A stretch of 64,000 bases of DNA from an uncultured Acidobacteriota bacterium (GTDB lineage Bacteria; Acidobacteriota; Thermoanaerobaculia; UBA5066; Gp7-AA6), in NCBI GenBank assembly GCA_963823185.1, contig CAWGKP010000011.1:413805-477804 (forward strand), written 5' to 3'. A model generated the notes under the pieces. That model did not search any database, had not been told where the DNA came from, and saw only the letters and a list, made by a program, of their open reading frames with translations. Positions 30,233 through 38,998 of the stretch are shown one piece after another (the stretch's first letter is position 1; the number at the start of each line of letters is the position of its first letter). Made by a program: the position numbers and the translations under genes.

Positions 30233-30295
30233 GTTTCCTCCTTACGGTTTTACGTTTGCGCGGAGGATATGCGCAGTCGCGCCGGGCCGGCGGGG

Positions 30296-31516
30296 CTAAA
30301 CGAGCTTCAGCAGATGCCCGAGCTTGTTCTTCTTCGCCTCGAGGTACTTTCGCGAGCGATCCGTCGGGCTCGCCTCGAGCGGCACGCGCTCGACGATCTC
30401 GAGCCCGTAACCGCCGATGGCGACGTACTTGGAGGGATTGTTCGTCATGAGGCGCATCTTCCGCACGCCGAGGTCGCGCAGGATCTGGCTCCCGACGCCG
30501 TAGTTGCGGATGTCGGGCGGGAAGCCGAGCTTCTCGTTCGCGGAGACGGTGTCGTGCCCCTGCTCCTGGAGCTCGTAGGCCCGGAGCTTGTTCACGAGGC
30601 CGATCCCGCGCCCCTCCTGGAGGAGATAGAGGAAGACGCCCTTGCCGGCCTCGCGGATCTTCTCCATCGCGAGCTCGAGCTGCGCGCCGCAATCGCAACG
30701 GGTCGATCCGAACACGTCTCCCGTCAGGCACTGCGAGTGGACGCGCACGAGCACCGGCTCTTCTTCCTGGATGTCGCCGAGCACGAGCGCGACGTGCTCC
30801 TCGTGGGTGACCTCGCTCCGGTAGGCGTGGAGCTGGAATTCGCCGAACCTCGTCGGCAGGTGCGGCGAGGCGATCCGCTGCACGAGCCGCTCGTGGCGCA
30901 TCCGGTGGCGGATGAGGTCGGCAACCGTGACCATCTTGAGGCCGTGCCGCTCGCAGAACGTCGCGAGGTCCGGCACGCGCGCCATCGTGCCGTCCTCGTT
31001 CATGATCTCGCAGAGCACGGCGGCGGGCGTCAGGTCCGCGATGCGGCAGAGATCGACCGACGCCTCGGTCTGGCCCGCGCGCTTCAGGACGCCGCCGACC
31101 TGCGCGCGCAGCGGGAACATGTGTCCCGGGCGCAGGAGATCCGACGGCCGCGTCTTCGGGTCGATCGCCGTCAGAACGGTCGCGGCGCGATCCGCCGCGG
31201 AGATGCCCGTGGTCGTCCGGCCGCGCGCCTCGATCGAGACGGTGAAGGCGGTGCCGAAGTTCGAGGTGTTTTCTTCGACCATCGGCGGGAGACCCAGCTC
31301 CTCGCAGCGCTCCTCGGTCAGGGCGAGACAGATGAGGCCGCGCCCCTCCCGCGCCATGAAGTTGATCGCCGCGGGCGTGACCCGTTCCGCCGCGAGCACG
31401 AGGTCCCCCTCGTTCTCCCGGTCCTCGTCGTCCACGACGACGACGAACTTCCCGGCGCGAAGATCCTCGGCGGCTTCCTCGATCGAGGCGAAAGGAAAGG
31501 CGTCGCGATCGCTCAC
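30296..31516 (-). CDS. ribBA: bifunctional DHBP synthase / GTP cyclohydrolase II
   Basis: [41 protein letters not shown] and TNNP motifs. Confidence 0.96.
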   Translation of the reverse strand: MSDRDAFPFASIEEAAEDLRAGKFVVVVDDEDRENEGDLVLAAERVTPAAINFMAREGRGLICLALTEERCEELGLPPMVEENTSNFGTAFTVSIEARGRTTTGISAADRAATVLTAIDPKTRPSDLLRPGHMFPLRAQVGGVLKRAGQTEASVDLCRIADLTPAAVLCEIMNEDGTMARVPDLATFCERHGLKMVTVADLIRHRMRHERLVQRIASPHLPTRFGEFQLHAYRSEVTHEEHVALVLGDIQEEEPVLVRVHSQCLTGDVFGSTRCDCGAQLELAMEKIREAGKGVFLYLLQEGRGIGLVNKLRAYELQEQGHDTVSANEKLGFPPDIRNYGVGSQILRDLGVRKMRLMTNNPSKYVAIGGYGLEIVERVPLEASPTDRSRKYLEAKKNKLGHLLKLV

Positions 31517-31539
31517 GACGCCATTTTCTCACGCACGCG

Positions 31540-31895
31540 AGGGACTGCCGTCAACGCCCCGGTGGAGAGGCCGGCTGGGGGGGCGTCGTGGTTGTGGATC
31601 GCATCGGCGACCTTCCAGGCGTCGCCGGTGCGCCTCAGCACCACGAGTACTTGCCGGTCTCCTCCGTCGCACGGGATGACGCCGGCGACATTTCGCCGCC
31701 GCGCTGCTTCCTCGATATAGAAGGGTCGTTTCGGTTCGCGGCGCGAGGAGTCTCCGCGAAGTAATCGAGCGGAGGAGCCTCGCGCCGCGGGAGCCGGAGC
31801 GCCGCGAGGGGATCAGGCGAGCGGTCGAGCCGGGCTTGGCGAGCCGCTCGCCGGTGCGCCACAGGCGCAGATCCCCGAGCAAGCGACGGCGACGG
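31540..31895 (-). pseudogene. degraded remnant of SnoaL/NTF2-like (DUF4440-type) gene
   Basis: With one base restored near 31648, the minus strand reads [26 protein letters not shown], typical of NTF2-like C-termini; the upstream part is not a clean frame. Confidence 0.4.
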
Positions 31896-33579
31896 TTAGT
31901 AGACCGCCGGCTCCTCGTACGTCGCGAAGACGTTCCGCATCACGTCGGAGATCTCGCCGACAGTCGCGTACGTCTTGACGGCCTCGACGAGCGGCGGCAT
32001 CACGTTCTTCCCGCCGCCGCAGGCCTGCTCGAGGGACCGGAGCGCCGAGGTCACGGCCTTGCCGTCCCGCCGCCGCTTCAACGCCGCGAGCGCATGCTTC
32101 TGCTCGTCCTCGACCGCGTCGTCGATGTAGAGGATCTCGAGCGGATGCTCGCTCTTCCTCGACGAAATCGTTGACGCCGACGACGATCTTCTCCTTCGCG
32201 TCGAGCGCGCGCTGGTAGGCGTAGGCCGCGTCCATGATCTCGCGCTGCGGGAACCCGGCCTCGATCGCCTCGACCATGCCGCCGAGCGCGTCGATCCGCC
32301 GGAAGTAGTCGAAGCAGCCGCGCTCCATCTTCGTCGTGAGGTCCTCGACGAAATACGAGCCGCCGAGCGGATCGATCGTGTTCGCGACGCCGGACTCGTG
32401 GGCGATGACCTGCTGCGTCCGCAGCGCCAGCTTCACCGCGAAGTCCGTCGGCAGGGCGAGCGTCTCGTCGAGCGAGTTCGTGTGCAGCGAGTTCGTGCCG
32501 CCGAGCACGCCGGCCAGCGCCTGGAGCGCCGTGCGGACGACGTTGTTGTAGGGCTGTTGCGCCGTGAGCGAGCAGCCGGCGGTCTGCGTGTGGAAGCGGC
32601 ACATCCAGGAGCGCGGGTCCTTCGCGCCGAACCGCTCGCGCATCGTCTTCGCCCACACGCGGCGCGCCGCGCGGAACTTGGCGATCTCCTCGAAAAAGTC
32701 GTTGTGCGAGTTGAAGAAGAAGGAGAGACGCGGCGCGAACTCGTCGACCGGCAGCCCCGCCTCGATCCCGTACTGCACGTACTCGACGCCGTCGCGCAGC
32801 GTGAACGCGAGCTCCTGCAGCGCCGTCGATCCGGCCTCGCGGATGTGGTACCCGGAGATCGAGATCGTGTTCCAGCGCGGCACGTGTTTCGCGCAGAACG
32901 AGAACTGATCCGTCACGAGGCGCATCGACGGGCGCGGCGGGAAGATGTACTCCTTCTGCGCGATGTATTCCTTCAGGATGTCGTTCTGGAGCGTCCCGCC
33001 GACCTCCGTCCACGGCGTCCCGTGCTTCTCGGCGACCGCGAGATACATCGCGAGCGCAATCGGCGCCGTCGAGTTGATCGTCATCGAGGTCGTGACGCGG
33101 CCGAGGTCGATCCCGTCGAACAGGACCTCCATGTCCGCGAGCGAGTCGATGGCGACCCCGCACTTGCCGACCTCGCCCCTGGCCATCTCGTGGTCCGAGT
33201 CGTAGCCGTAGAGCGTCGGCAGGTGGAAGGCCGTCGAGAGACCGGTCTGCCCGTGGTCGAGGAGGTAGTGGAACCGCTCGTTGGTCTGCTTCGCCGTTCC
33301 GTAGCCGGCGAACTGACGCATCGTCCAGAGCTTCCCGCGATAGCCCGTCGCCTGCACTCCGCGGGTGAACGGGTACTCGCCCGGCCATCCCAGGTCGCGC
33401 TCGGGGTCGAAGCCCGAGAGGGTGTCGGGACCGGCCAGCGGCTCGACCGCCGCTCCGGAGACCGTCGTCCAGTCCTTCTTCCAGGACGGGACCTTGCCGA
33501 ACGCCTTGTCGGAGGCCTCGCGCCAGCGCCGCCGTCCGGCGGCCACGCCCGCAGGAACCAGGGGATCCTTTTCGCTCAT
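31896..33579 (-). CDS. B12-dependent acyl-CoA mutase large subunit, isobutyryl-CoA mutase (IcmA)-type signature (frameshift near 32152)
   Basis: [50 protein letters not shown] and DPLGGS motifs; C-terminus (..[11 protein letters not shown]) in the next frame; no B12-binding domain. Confidence 0.9.
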
Positions 33580-33642
33580 GGAGGAATTCTACCCGGCCGC
33601 CGGGGGCGGTAGGATGCCCCCAGCTCGAACCCGGGAGGTGAC

Positions 33643-34113
33643 ATGAAGGGCGACGCCGAGATTCTCGAGGTCCTGCAGGAGGTTCTGTCCGCGGAGCTCA
33701 CCGCCATCAACCAGTACTTCATCCACGCGCGCATGCTCCGCAACTGGCGGTACATGCGCCTGGCCGAGCACACCGAGAAGGAGTCGATCGGCGAGATGAA
33801 GCACGCGCAGGAGGCGATCGACCGCATCCTGTACTTCGAAGGCCGCCCGAACATGCAGAAGTACATGAAGATCAACGTCGGAAAGACCGTGCCCGAAATG
33901 ATGAGCGTGGACCACGACCTCGAGCTCGACGCGGTCAAGCGGCTGAACCAGGGCATCGCGCTCGCGGTGGGCAAGAAAGACAACGGCTCGCGGGCGCTCT
34001 TCGAGAGGATCCTCGTCCAGGAGGAAGAGCACATCGACTGGCTCGAGGCCCAGATCCAGCAGATCAAGGACCTCGGGACCGAGAACTACCTGGCCAAGCA
34101 GATCGAGCCCTGA
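33643..34113 (+). CDS. bfr: bacterioferritin
   Basis: ELTAINQYF, ESIGEMKHA (heme Met) and EEEHIDWLE ferroxidase motifs; GGAGG SD. Confidence 0.96.
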   Translation: MKGDAEILEVLQEVLSAELTAINQYFIHARMLRNWRYMRLAEHTEKESIGEMKHAQEAIDRILYFEGRPNMQKYMKINVGKTVPEMMSVDHDLELDAVKRLNQGIALAVGKKDNGSRALFERILVQEEEHIDWLEAQIQQIKDLGTENYLAKQIEP

Positions 34114-34144
34114 AGGCGCGCGCCGGCCGTCTCGCGTCTCGCCC

Positions 34145-34639
34145 CTATCGGCGCGCGCGCTCCCACACGACGCGGAAAGTCTTCCCGTCGGACAGCGTCA
34201 GCCGGTCGCCCTCGAGCGTGGCCGGCCGCCGCTGATCGCTCCCGACGTAGCTCGGCCCGAGGCTGCCCTCGACGTGATGGATGACGGTGCGCGCGCTCTC
34301 GTCGACGGTCCAGGTGCCGAAGTAGGCGACGTAGCCGAGGTAGGCGTCTCGTCCCTCCTCCGGCGTCGGCGTCCGATCCGCCCCCGACGCAAAACGTGGC
34401 CGCGGCATCTTGACGATCTGCACCGACATGAAGCCGTCGCTTCCGTACTGGATGTATCCGATCGGCGTCGGTCCGTAACGCTGCTCCCAGTCCTTCGACG
34501 GATCGTCCCGGGATTCGATCGAGACGAGGCGCCATCGGCCGGGAATCTGGTCGGCGAGCTTCGGGGGAGCGGCCGGAGACGAGACGGCGAGCGCGGCGAG
34601 GAACGCGAGCGGGAGGAACGCCCGAAATCTGCGAGCCAT
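34145..34639 (-). CDS. secreted lipocalin-like domain protein
   Basis: Signal peptide, G.WRLVS, G.I.Y..DG.MSVQI, YVAYFGTW and terminal VVWER. Confidence 0.8.
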   Translation of the reverse strand: MARRFRAFLPLAFLAALAVSSPAAPPKLADQIPGRWRLVSIESRDDPSKDWEQRYGPTPIGYIQYGSDGFMSVQIVKMPRPRFASGADRTPTPEEGRDAYLGYVAYFGTWTVDESARTVIHHVEGSLGPSYVGSDQRRPATLEGDRLTLSDGKTFRVVWERARR

Positions 34640-34717
34640 TCGAGACTCCTTTCGCCGCGGCAGCGCGGCAGCATAGTCCGGTCCTCGCCGCGCCCGTATA
34701 ATCCGAAGCGACTCGCC

Positions 34718-35716
34718 ATGCCGGAACTGACGGCCGAACAGAGGATCGCGCTGTACCGGTACATGCGCACCACGCGCCTGACGGAGGAGAAGCTCGTCCA
34801 CCTCTACCGGCAGGGCAAGATCATGGGAGGCCTTTACCGCTGCCTCGGCCAGGAGGCGACCGCGGTCGGGAGCGCCTTCGCGCTGTCGAAGGGGGACGTT
34901 CTCGGGCCGCTCATCCGGAACCTCGGCTCGGTGCTCGTCATGGGCTTCTCGCCGCGCGACGTCTTCGCGCAGCACATGGGCAAGGCGACGGCGCCGTCGG
35001 GCGGCAAGGACGGCAACCTCCATCTCGGGAAGCCCGACCAGGGCGTCGTCTCGGCGATCTCGATGCTCGGCGCGCTCATTCCCGTGATGGCCGGCATCGC
35101 CCTCGCCGCGCGGATGCAGAAGAAGCCGCTCGTCGCGATGACCTACATCGGCGACGGCGGGACCTCGACCGGACCGTTCCACGAGGGCATGAATCTCGCC
35201 GGCGTCCAGAAGCTGCCGCTCGTCGTCGTCGCGGAGAACAACGGCTGGGCCTACTCGACGCCGTTTCGGCGGCAGACGGCCGCGCGGAGTCTCGCCGACC
35301 GCGCGACGGCCTACGGCATCCCGGCCGAGTCGGTGGACGGAAACGACGTCCTCGCGGTGCTCGCCGCCAGCCGCCGCGCGGTCGACCGCGCGCGGGCGGG
35401 AGAAGGGCCGTCGCTCGTCGAGGCCGTGACCTACCGCATGAAGGGCCACGCGGAGCACGACAACCAGGAGTACGTGCCCAAGCAGGAGCTCGAGGCGTGG
35501 ATCCGCCGCGACCCGATCGAAGCGTACGCGCGGTCGCTCCAGGAGTCGGGGATCGCGAGCCGCGAGGAGCTCGCCGCGATCGACCGCGAGATCTCGAGCG
35601 GCGTCGAGCGCGACGCCGACCTCGCCGACCGCGACCCCTACCCCTCCCCGGAGCGCGCGCTCGAGGGCGTGTACGCGGAAGCGCGGCGCACGCCGTCGGA
35701 AGTCGCCGCGTCGTGA
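34718..35716 (+). CDS. TPP-dependent 2-oxoacid dehydrogenase E1 alpha subunit
   Basis: GQEA, GDGGTSTG..HEGMN..ENN TPP motif, VDGND and YRMKGH. Confidence 0.93.
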   Translation: MPELTAEQRIALYRYMRTTRLTEEKLVHLYRQGKIMGGLYRCLGQEATAVGSAFALSKGDVLGPLIRNLGSVLVMGFSPRDVFAQHMGKATAPSGGKDGNLHLGKPDQGVVSAISMLGALIPVMAGIALAARMQKKPLVAMTYIGDGGTSTGPFHEGMNLAGVQKLPLVVVAENNGWAYSTPFRRQTAARSLADRATAYGIPAESVDGNDVLAVLAASRRAVDRARAGEGPSLVEAVTYRMKGHAEHDNQEYVPKQELEAWIRRDPIEAYARSLQESGIASREELAAIDREISSGVERDADLADRDPYPSPERALEGVYAEARRTPSEVAAS

Positions 35717-36714
35717 CCGCCTCGCCCGCCGCGGCCTCCCGGCCGTCGACGACGTACGTCGAGGCGATCCGCGAGGGAATCCTCGAGGAGATGGAGCGGG
35801 ACCCGCGCGTCTTCCTCCTCGGCGAGGACATCGGGGTGTACGGAGGAGCGTTCAAGGTGACCGAGGGGCTTCTGGCGCGGTTCGGCGAGGACCGGGTCGT
35901 GGACACGCCGCTCTCCGAGACGGCGATCGTGGGCGCCGCGGTCGGCGCCGCGATGATGGGAATGCGTCCGGTCGCGGAGATGCAGTTTGCCGACTTCTTC
36001 TCCTGCGCCTTCGACATGATCACCAACTTCGCCGCGAAGTCGCGCTACCGCACCGGCGTCGGCGTGCCGCTCGTCGTGCGCGGCCCGTCCGGCGGCGGTG
36101 TGCACGGCGGCCCGTTCCACTCGCAGAATCCCGAGGCCTATTTCGCGCACACGCCGGGACTGAAGATCGTCCAGCCGGCCACGGCGTCCGACGCCAAGGG
36201 GCTCATCAAGGCGGCGATCCGCGACGAGGATCCCGTCCTCTTCTTCGAGCACAAGTACCTCTATCGCCGCGTGCGCGACGTCCTGCCCGAAGGCGACCAC
36301 GTCGTCCCGATCGGCAAGGCGGCGGTGCGCCGCGCGGGCCGGGACCTCTCGATCCTGACCTACGGCGCGATGGTCTGGACGGCGCTCGACGCGGCGGCCA
36401 CGCTCGAATCCGAGGGCATCGACGCCGAGGTCGTGGACCTGCGGACGCTCTTCCCGATCGACGAGGAGACGCTGCTCGAATCCGTCGGCAAGACGAGCCG
36501 GGCCATCGTCCTCCACGAGGCGACGCGCACCGGAGGCATCGGGGCGGAGGTCGCCGCGGTGCTGGCGGAGCGCTGCTTCGATCGGCTGGACGCTCCGGTC
36601 GTGCGGGTCACGGCGCCCGACACGCCGGTTCCGTTCTCGCCGCCGCTCGAGGAGAGATTCCTCCCGGACGAAGAGAAGCTCTGCCGGGCGGCCCGGGCGC
36701 TCGTCGGCTATTAG
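35713..36714 (+). CDS. 2-oxoacid dehydrogenase E1 beta subunit
   Basis: GEDIG..GG.F, DTPLSE, EMQFADF, HSQ and FFEHK motifs; GTG start overlaps the alpha stop. Confidence 0.93.
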   Translation: MTASPAAASRPSTTYVEAIREGILEEMERDPRVFLLGEDIGVYGGAFKVTEGLLARFGEDRVVDTPLSETAIVGAAVGAAMMGMRPVAEMQFADFFSCAFDMITNFAAKSRYRTGVGVPLVVRGPSGGGVHGGPFHSQNPEAYFAHTPGLKIVQPATASDAKGLIKAAIRDEDPVLFFEHKYLYRRVRDVLPEGDHVVPIGKAAVRRAGRDLSILTYGAMVWTALDAAATLESEGIDAEVVDLRTLFPIDEETLLESVGKTSRAIVLHEATRTGGIGAEVAAVLAERCFDRLDAPVVRVTAPDTPVPFSPPLEERFLPDEEKLCRAARALVGY

Positions 36715-36738
36715 CCGGACGACCCGTCGTCAACGAAC

Positions 36739-36960
36739 GTAGGGGCGGGGGTTAGCGCCGGGCGAACCCGGCGCTTGTCGCGCTCTGCGAGCGCTCGGTG
36801 TGCCCCCGCCCGGGCGGCCGCGAGGGCCGCCCCTCGACGTGCACAATAGTCCAGTCCCAGTCCTTAATTTCCTCGGTCGCTGGTTCCGAGACGGAGCCAC
36901 CGAGGGCCCGCGAGGGCCGCGGAGTCGCGAGCCGCGTTAAGCCGCCCCGACGACGTGCAG
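36739..36960. repeat. REP/BIME-like multi-hairpin intergenic element
   Basis: Starts GTAGGGGCGGGGG, pairing with CCCCCGCCC (36803-36811); hairpins AGCGCCGGG-CGAA-CCCGGCGCT, GGGCGGCC-GCGA-GGGCCGCCC and GGCCC-GCGA-GGGCC; near-direct repeat GCCGCCCC..CGACGTGCA at ~36826 and ~36941. Confidence 0.6.
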
Positions 36961-36977
36961 AGCGATAAGCTCGGCCG

Positions 36978-37427
36978 ATGCGCTTCGAGGGCAAGGTCAA
37001 CATCCGCGCGTCGCGAAAGAAGGTCTGGGACTATCTGACCGACGCCGAGAAGGTCTCGCACGCCGCGCCGGGTCTCGAGAAGCTCGAGGTCGTCGAACCG
37101 GGCAAGAAGTTCCGCGTCGTGACGGCGATCGGCTTCGGATCGATCAAGGCGCGGTTCACCTCCGACGTCGAGTGGACCGATCTCCAGCCGCCCGACCGCG
37201 CAGCGATGAAGGCGCACGGCATGGCGCCCGGGAGCGCCGTGGACGCGACGAGCGCGATGCAGCTCTCCGACGGTGAAGGCGGCTCGACCGATCTCGCCTG
37301 GTCCGCCGACGTGACCATCTCGGGAACGATCGCGAGCCTCGCGGCGCGCCTGATGGGAGGGGTGACGCAGAAGCTGACCGCGGCCTTCTTCGACTCGGTC
37401 CGAAAGGACATCGAGAAGGACGCTTGA
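36978..37427 (+). CDS. coxG: CoxG / SRPBCC family protein
   Basis: VWDYLTD...PG and GTIASLAARL..FF pattern; first gene of the cox-like cluster. Confidence 0.85.
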   Translation: MRFEGKVNIRASRKKVWDYLTDAEKVSHAAPGLEKLEVVEPGKKFRVVTAIGFGSIKARFTSDVEWTDLQPPDRAAMKAHGMAPGSAVDATSAMQLSDGEGGSTDLAWSADVTISGTIASLAARLMGGVTQKLTAAFFDSVRKDIEKDA

Positions 37428-38449
37428 GGTTCGGGCCGGTCTCGCTGGAAGCGGCCGAGGGACGCATCCTCGGGCACAACGTCGCGGGCTCGGACGGGAG
37501 GCGCGTCCTCCGCAAGGGCCGGGCGCTGACCGCCGCCGATCTGGAGACACTCCGCGCGCTCGGGCGCCGCACCGTCTACGTCGCCGAGCCGGAGCCGGAC
37601 GACGTCGGCGAAGACGAGGCCGCCCGTCGCGTTGCGGCGGCGGCCGCCGGCGCGGGCGTGGAGGCGGGCCCGGCTTCGGCCGGACGGGTGAACCTCCTCG
37701 CAAACGTCCTCGGCGTGCTGCGCGTCGAGGTGGATCGGGTGACCGAGCTGAACCTCTCCGAGGGCGTCACGCTCTCGACGCTTCCTGCGAACGCGCCCGT
37801 GCGCCCGAAGCAGCTCGTCGCGACCGTCAAGGTGATCCCGTACGCCGTGCCGCGCGCGACGCTGGCGCGCGCCGAGGCGGCCGCCTCCGAGGGGCTCCTG
37901 CGCGTCGATCCGATCCCCGCGCGCCGCGTCGGGCTCATCCTCTCGGGCTCCGCGTCGGCGGAGGCCCGCATCCGGCGCGACTTCGAGGCGCCGCTCGCCG
38001 CGCGGCTCGGGATGCTCGGGTCCGAGATGGCGTGGCTGGATTTCGTCCCTCTCGATGATCCGTCGGCGTCCGGCGAGTCCGCGCTCGCGGAGACGCTTCG
38101 CAAGCAGGCGGCGCTCGGCGCAGACATGATCCTTCTCGCCGGCGAGACCGCGATCGTGGACCGCCAGGACATCGCGCCGCGCGCGATCGAGCGGGCCGGC
38201 GGCCGCGTCGAGGCCTTCGGCGCGCCGGTCGATCCGGGCAACCTGCTGCTCCTTGCCGATCTCGACGGCGTTCCGGTCGTCGGGGCGCCGGGCTGCGCCC
38301 GCAGCCGCAAGGTGAACGTCATCGACGCGGTCCTGCCGCGCCTGCTCGCGGGCGAGCGCCTCGGCCGTCGCGACCTCGCGAGCCTGGGCGCGGGCGGTCT
38401 CCTCGAGGACGTGCCCGAGCGCCCGATGCCTCGGTCCTCCGAGCGCTAG
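37424..38449 (+). CDS. molybdopterin-binding protein (MoeA/MocA-related accessory)
   Basis: FGPV..AEG.IL.H, GRVNL, ATVKVIP, PVDPGNLL and GAPGCARS motifs. Confidence 0.82.
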   Translation: MRFGPVSLEAAEGRILGHNVAGSDGRRVLRKGRALTAADLETLRALGRRTVYVAEPEPDDVGEDEAARRVAAAAAGAGVEAGPASAGRVNLLANVLGVLRVEVDRVTELNLSEGVTLSTLPANAPVRPKQLVATVKVIPYAVPRATLARAEAAASEGLLRVDPIPARRVGLILSGSASAEARIRRDFEAPLAARLGMLGSEMAWLDFVPLDDPSASGESALAETLRKQAALGADMILLAGETAIVDRQDIAPRAIERAGGRVEAFGAPVDPGNLLLLADLDGVPVVGAPGCARSRKVNVIDAVLPRLLAGERLGRRDLASLGAGGLLEDVPERPMPRSSER

Positions 38450-38515
38450 CCTCCGCACGCGGCGATATACTCCCGCGGTCTTCGGCCTGGCGTGCCGGAC
38501 GAGGGAGAAGGCGCC

Positions 38516-38986
38516 ATGAAGTGTTCCGTCTCCGTGACCGTCAATGGTGTCCGCCGTTCCCACGACGTCGAGCCTCGGCTGCTTCTCGTCCACTATCTCC
38601 GCGAAACCCTCGGCCTGACCGGCACCAACATCGGGTGCGACACGAGCCAGTGCGGCTCCTGCACGGTGCTCCTCGACGGGAAGGCCGTGAAGTCCTGCAC
38701 GATGCTGACGGTCCAGGCCGACGGCGCGAAGGTGACGACGATCGAAGGCCTCGCGACGAACGGGAAGCTCCATCCCGTGCAGGACGCCTTCTGGGAGAAG
38801 CACGGACTCCAGTGCGGCTACTGCACGCCCGGCATGGTCCTGACGGCGTGCAACCTCCTCGAGCAGAACCCGAAACCTTCGGATGCCGAGATCCGGCGCG
38901 GCCTCGAAGGCAACCTCTGCCGCTGCACCGGCTACCAGAACATCGTGGCGGCGGTCCGGGAAGCCGCCGCGCGGATGCGGGCGTAG
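38516..38986 (+). CDS. coxS: (2Fe-2S) small subunit of xanthine dehydrogenase family (CoxS-like)
   Basis: [20 protein letters not shown] and NLCRCTGY motifs. Confidence 0.93.
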   Translation: MKCSVSVTVNGVRRSHDVEPRLLLVHYLRETLGLTGTNIGCDTSQCGSCTVLLDGKAVKSCTMLTVQADGAKVTTIEGLATNGKLHPVQDAFWEKHGLQCGYCTPGMVLTACNLLEQNPKPSDAEIRRGLEGNLCRCTGYQNIVAAVREAAARMRA

Positions 38987-38998
38987 GAGGAGGCGGAC

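Noticed and set aside
17255-32160. Programmed ribosomal frameshifting at the split genes
   Set aside because: I saw no slippery heptamers at the sites, and these families are not known for recoding; sequencing error is simpler.
36739-36960. Moco riboswitch, tRNA, tmRNA or 6S RNA upstream of the cox-like operon
   Set aside because: I could not find the CCUCCC...GGAAAGG-type Moco motif core, a T-loop or a CCA end. The probable coxG -10 (36966-36971) lies downstream of the structure, so it would not be in the leader.
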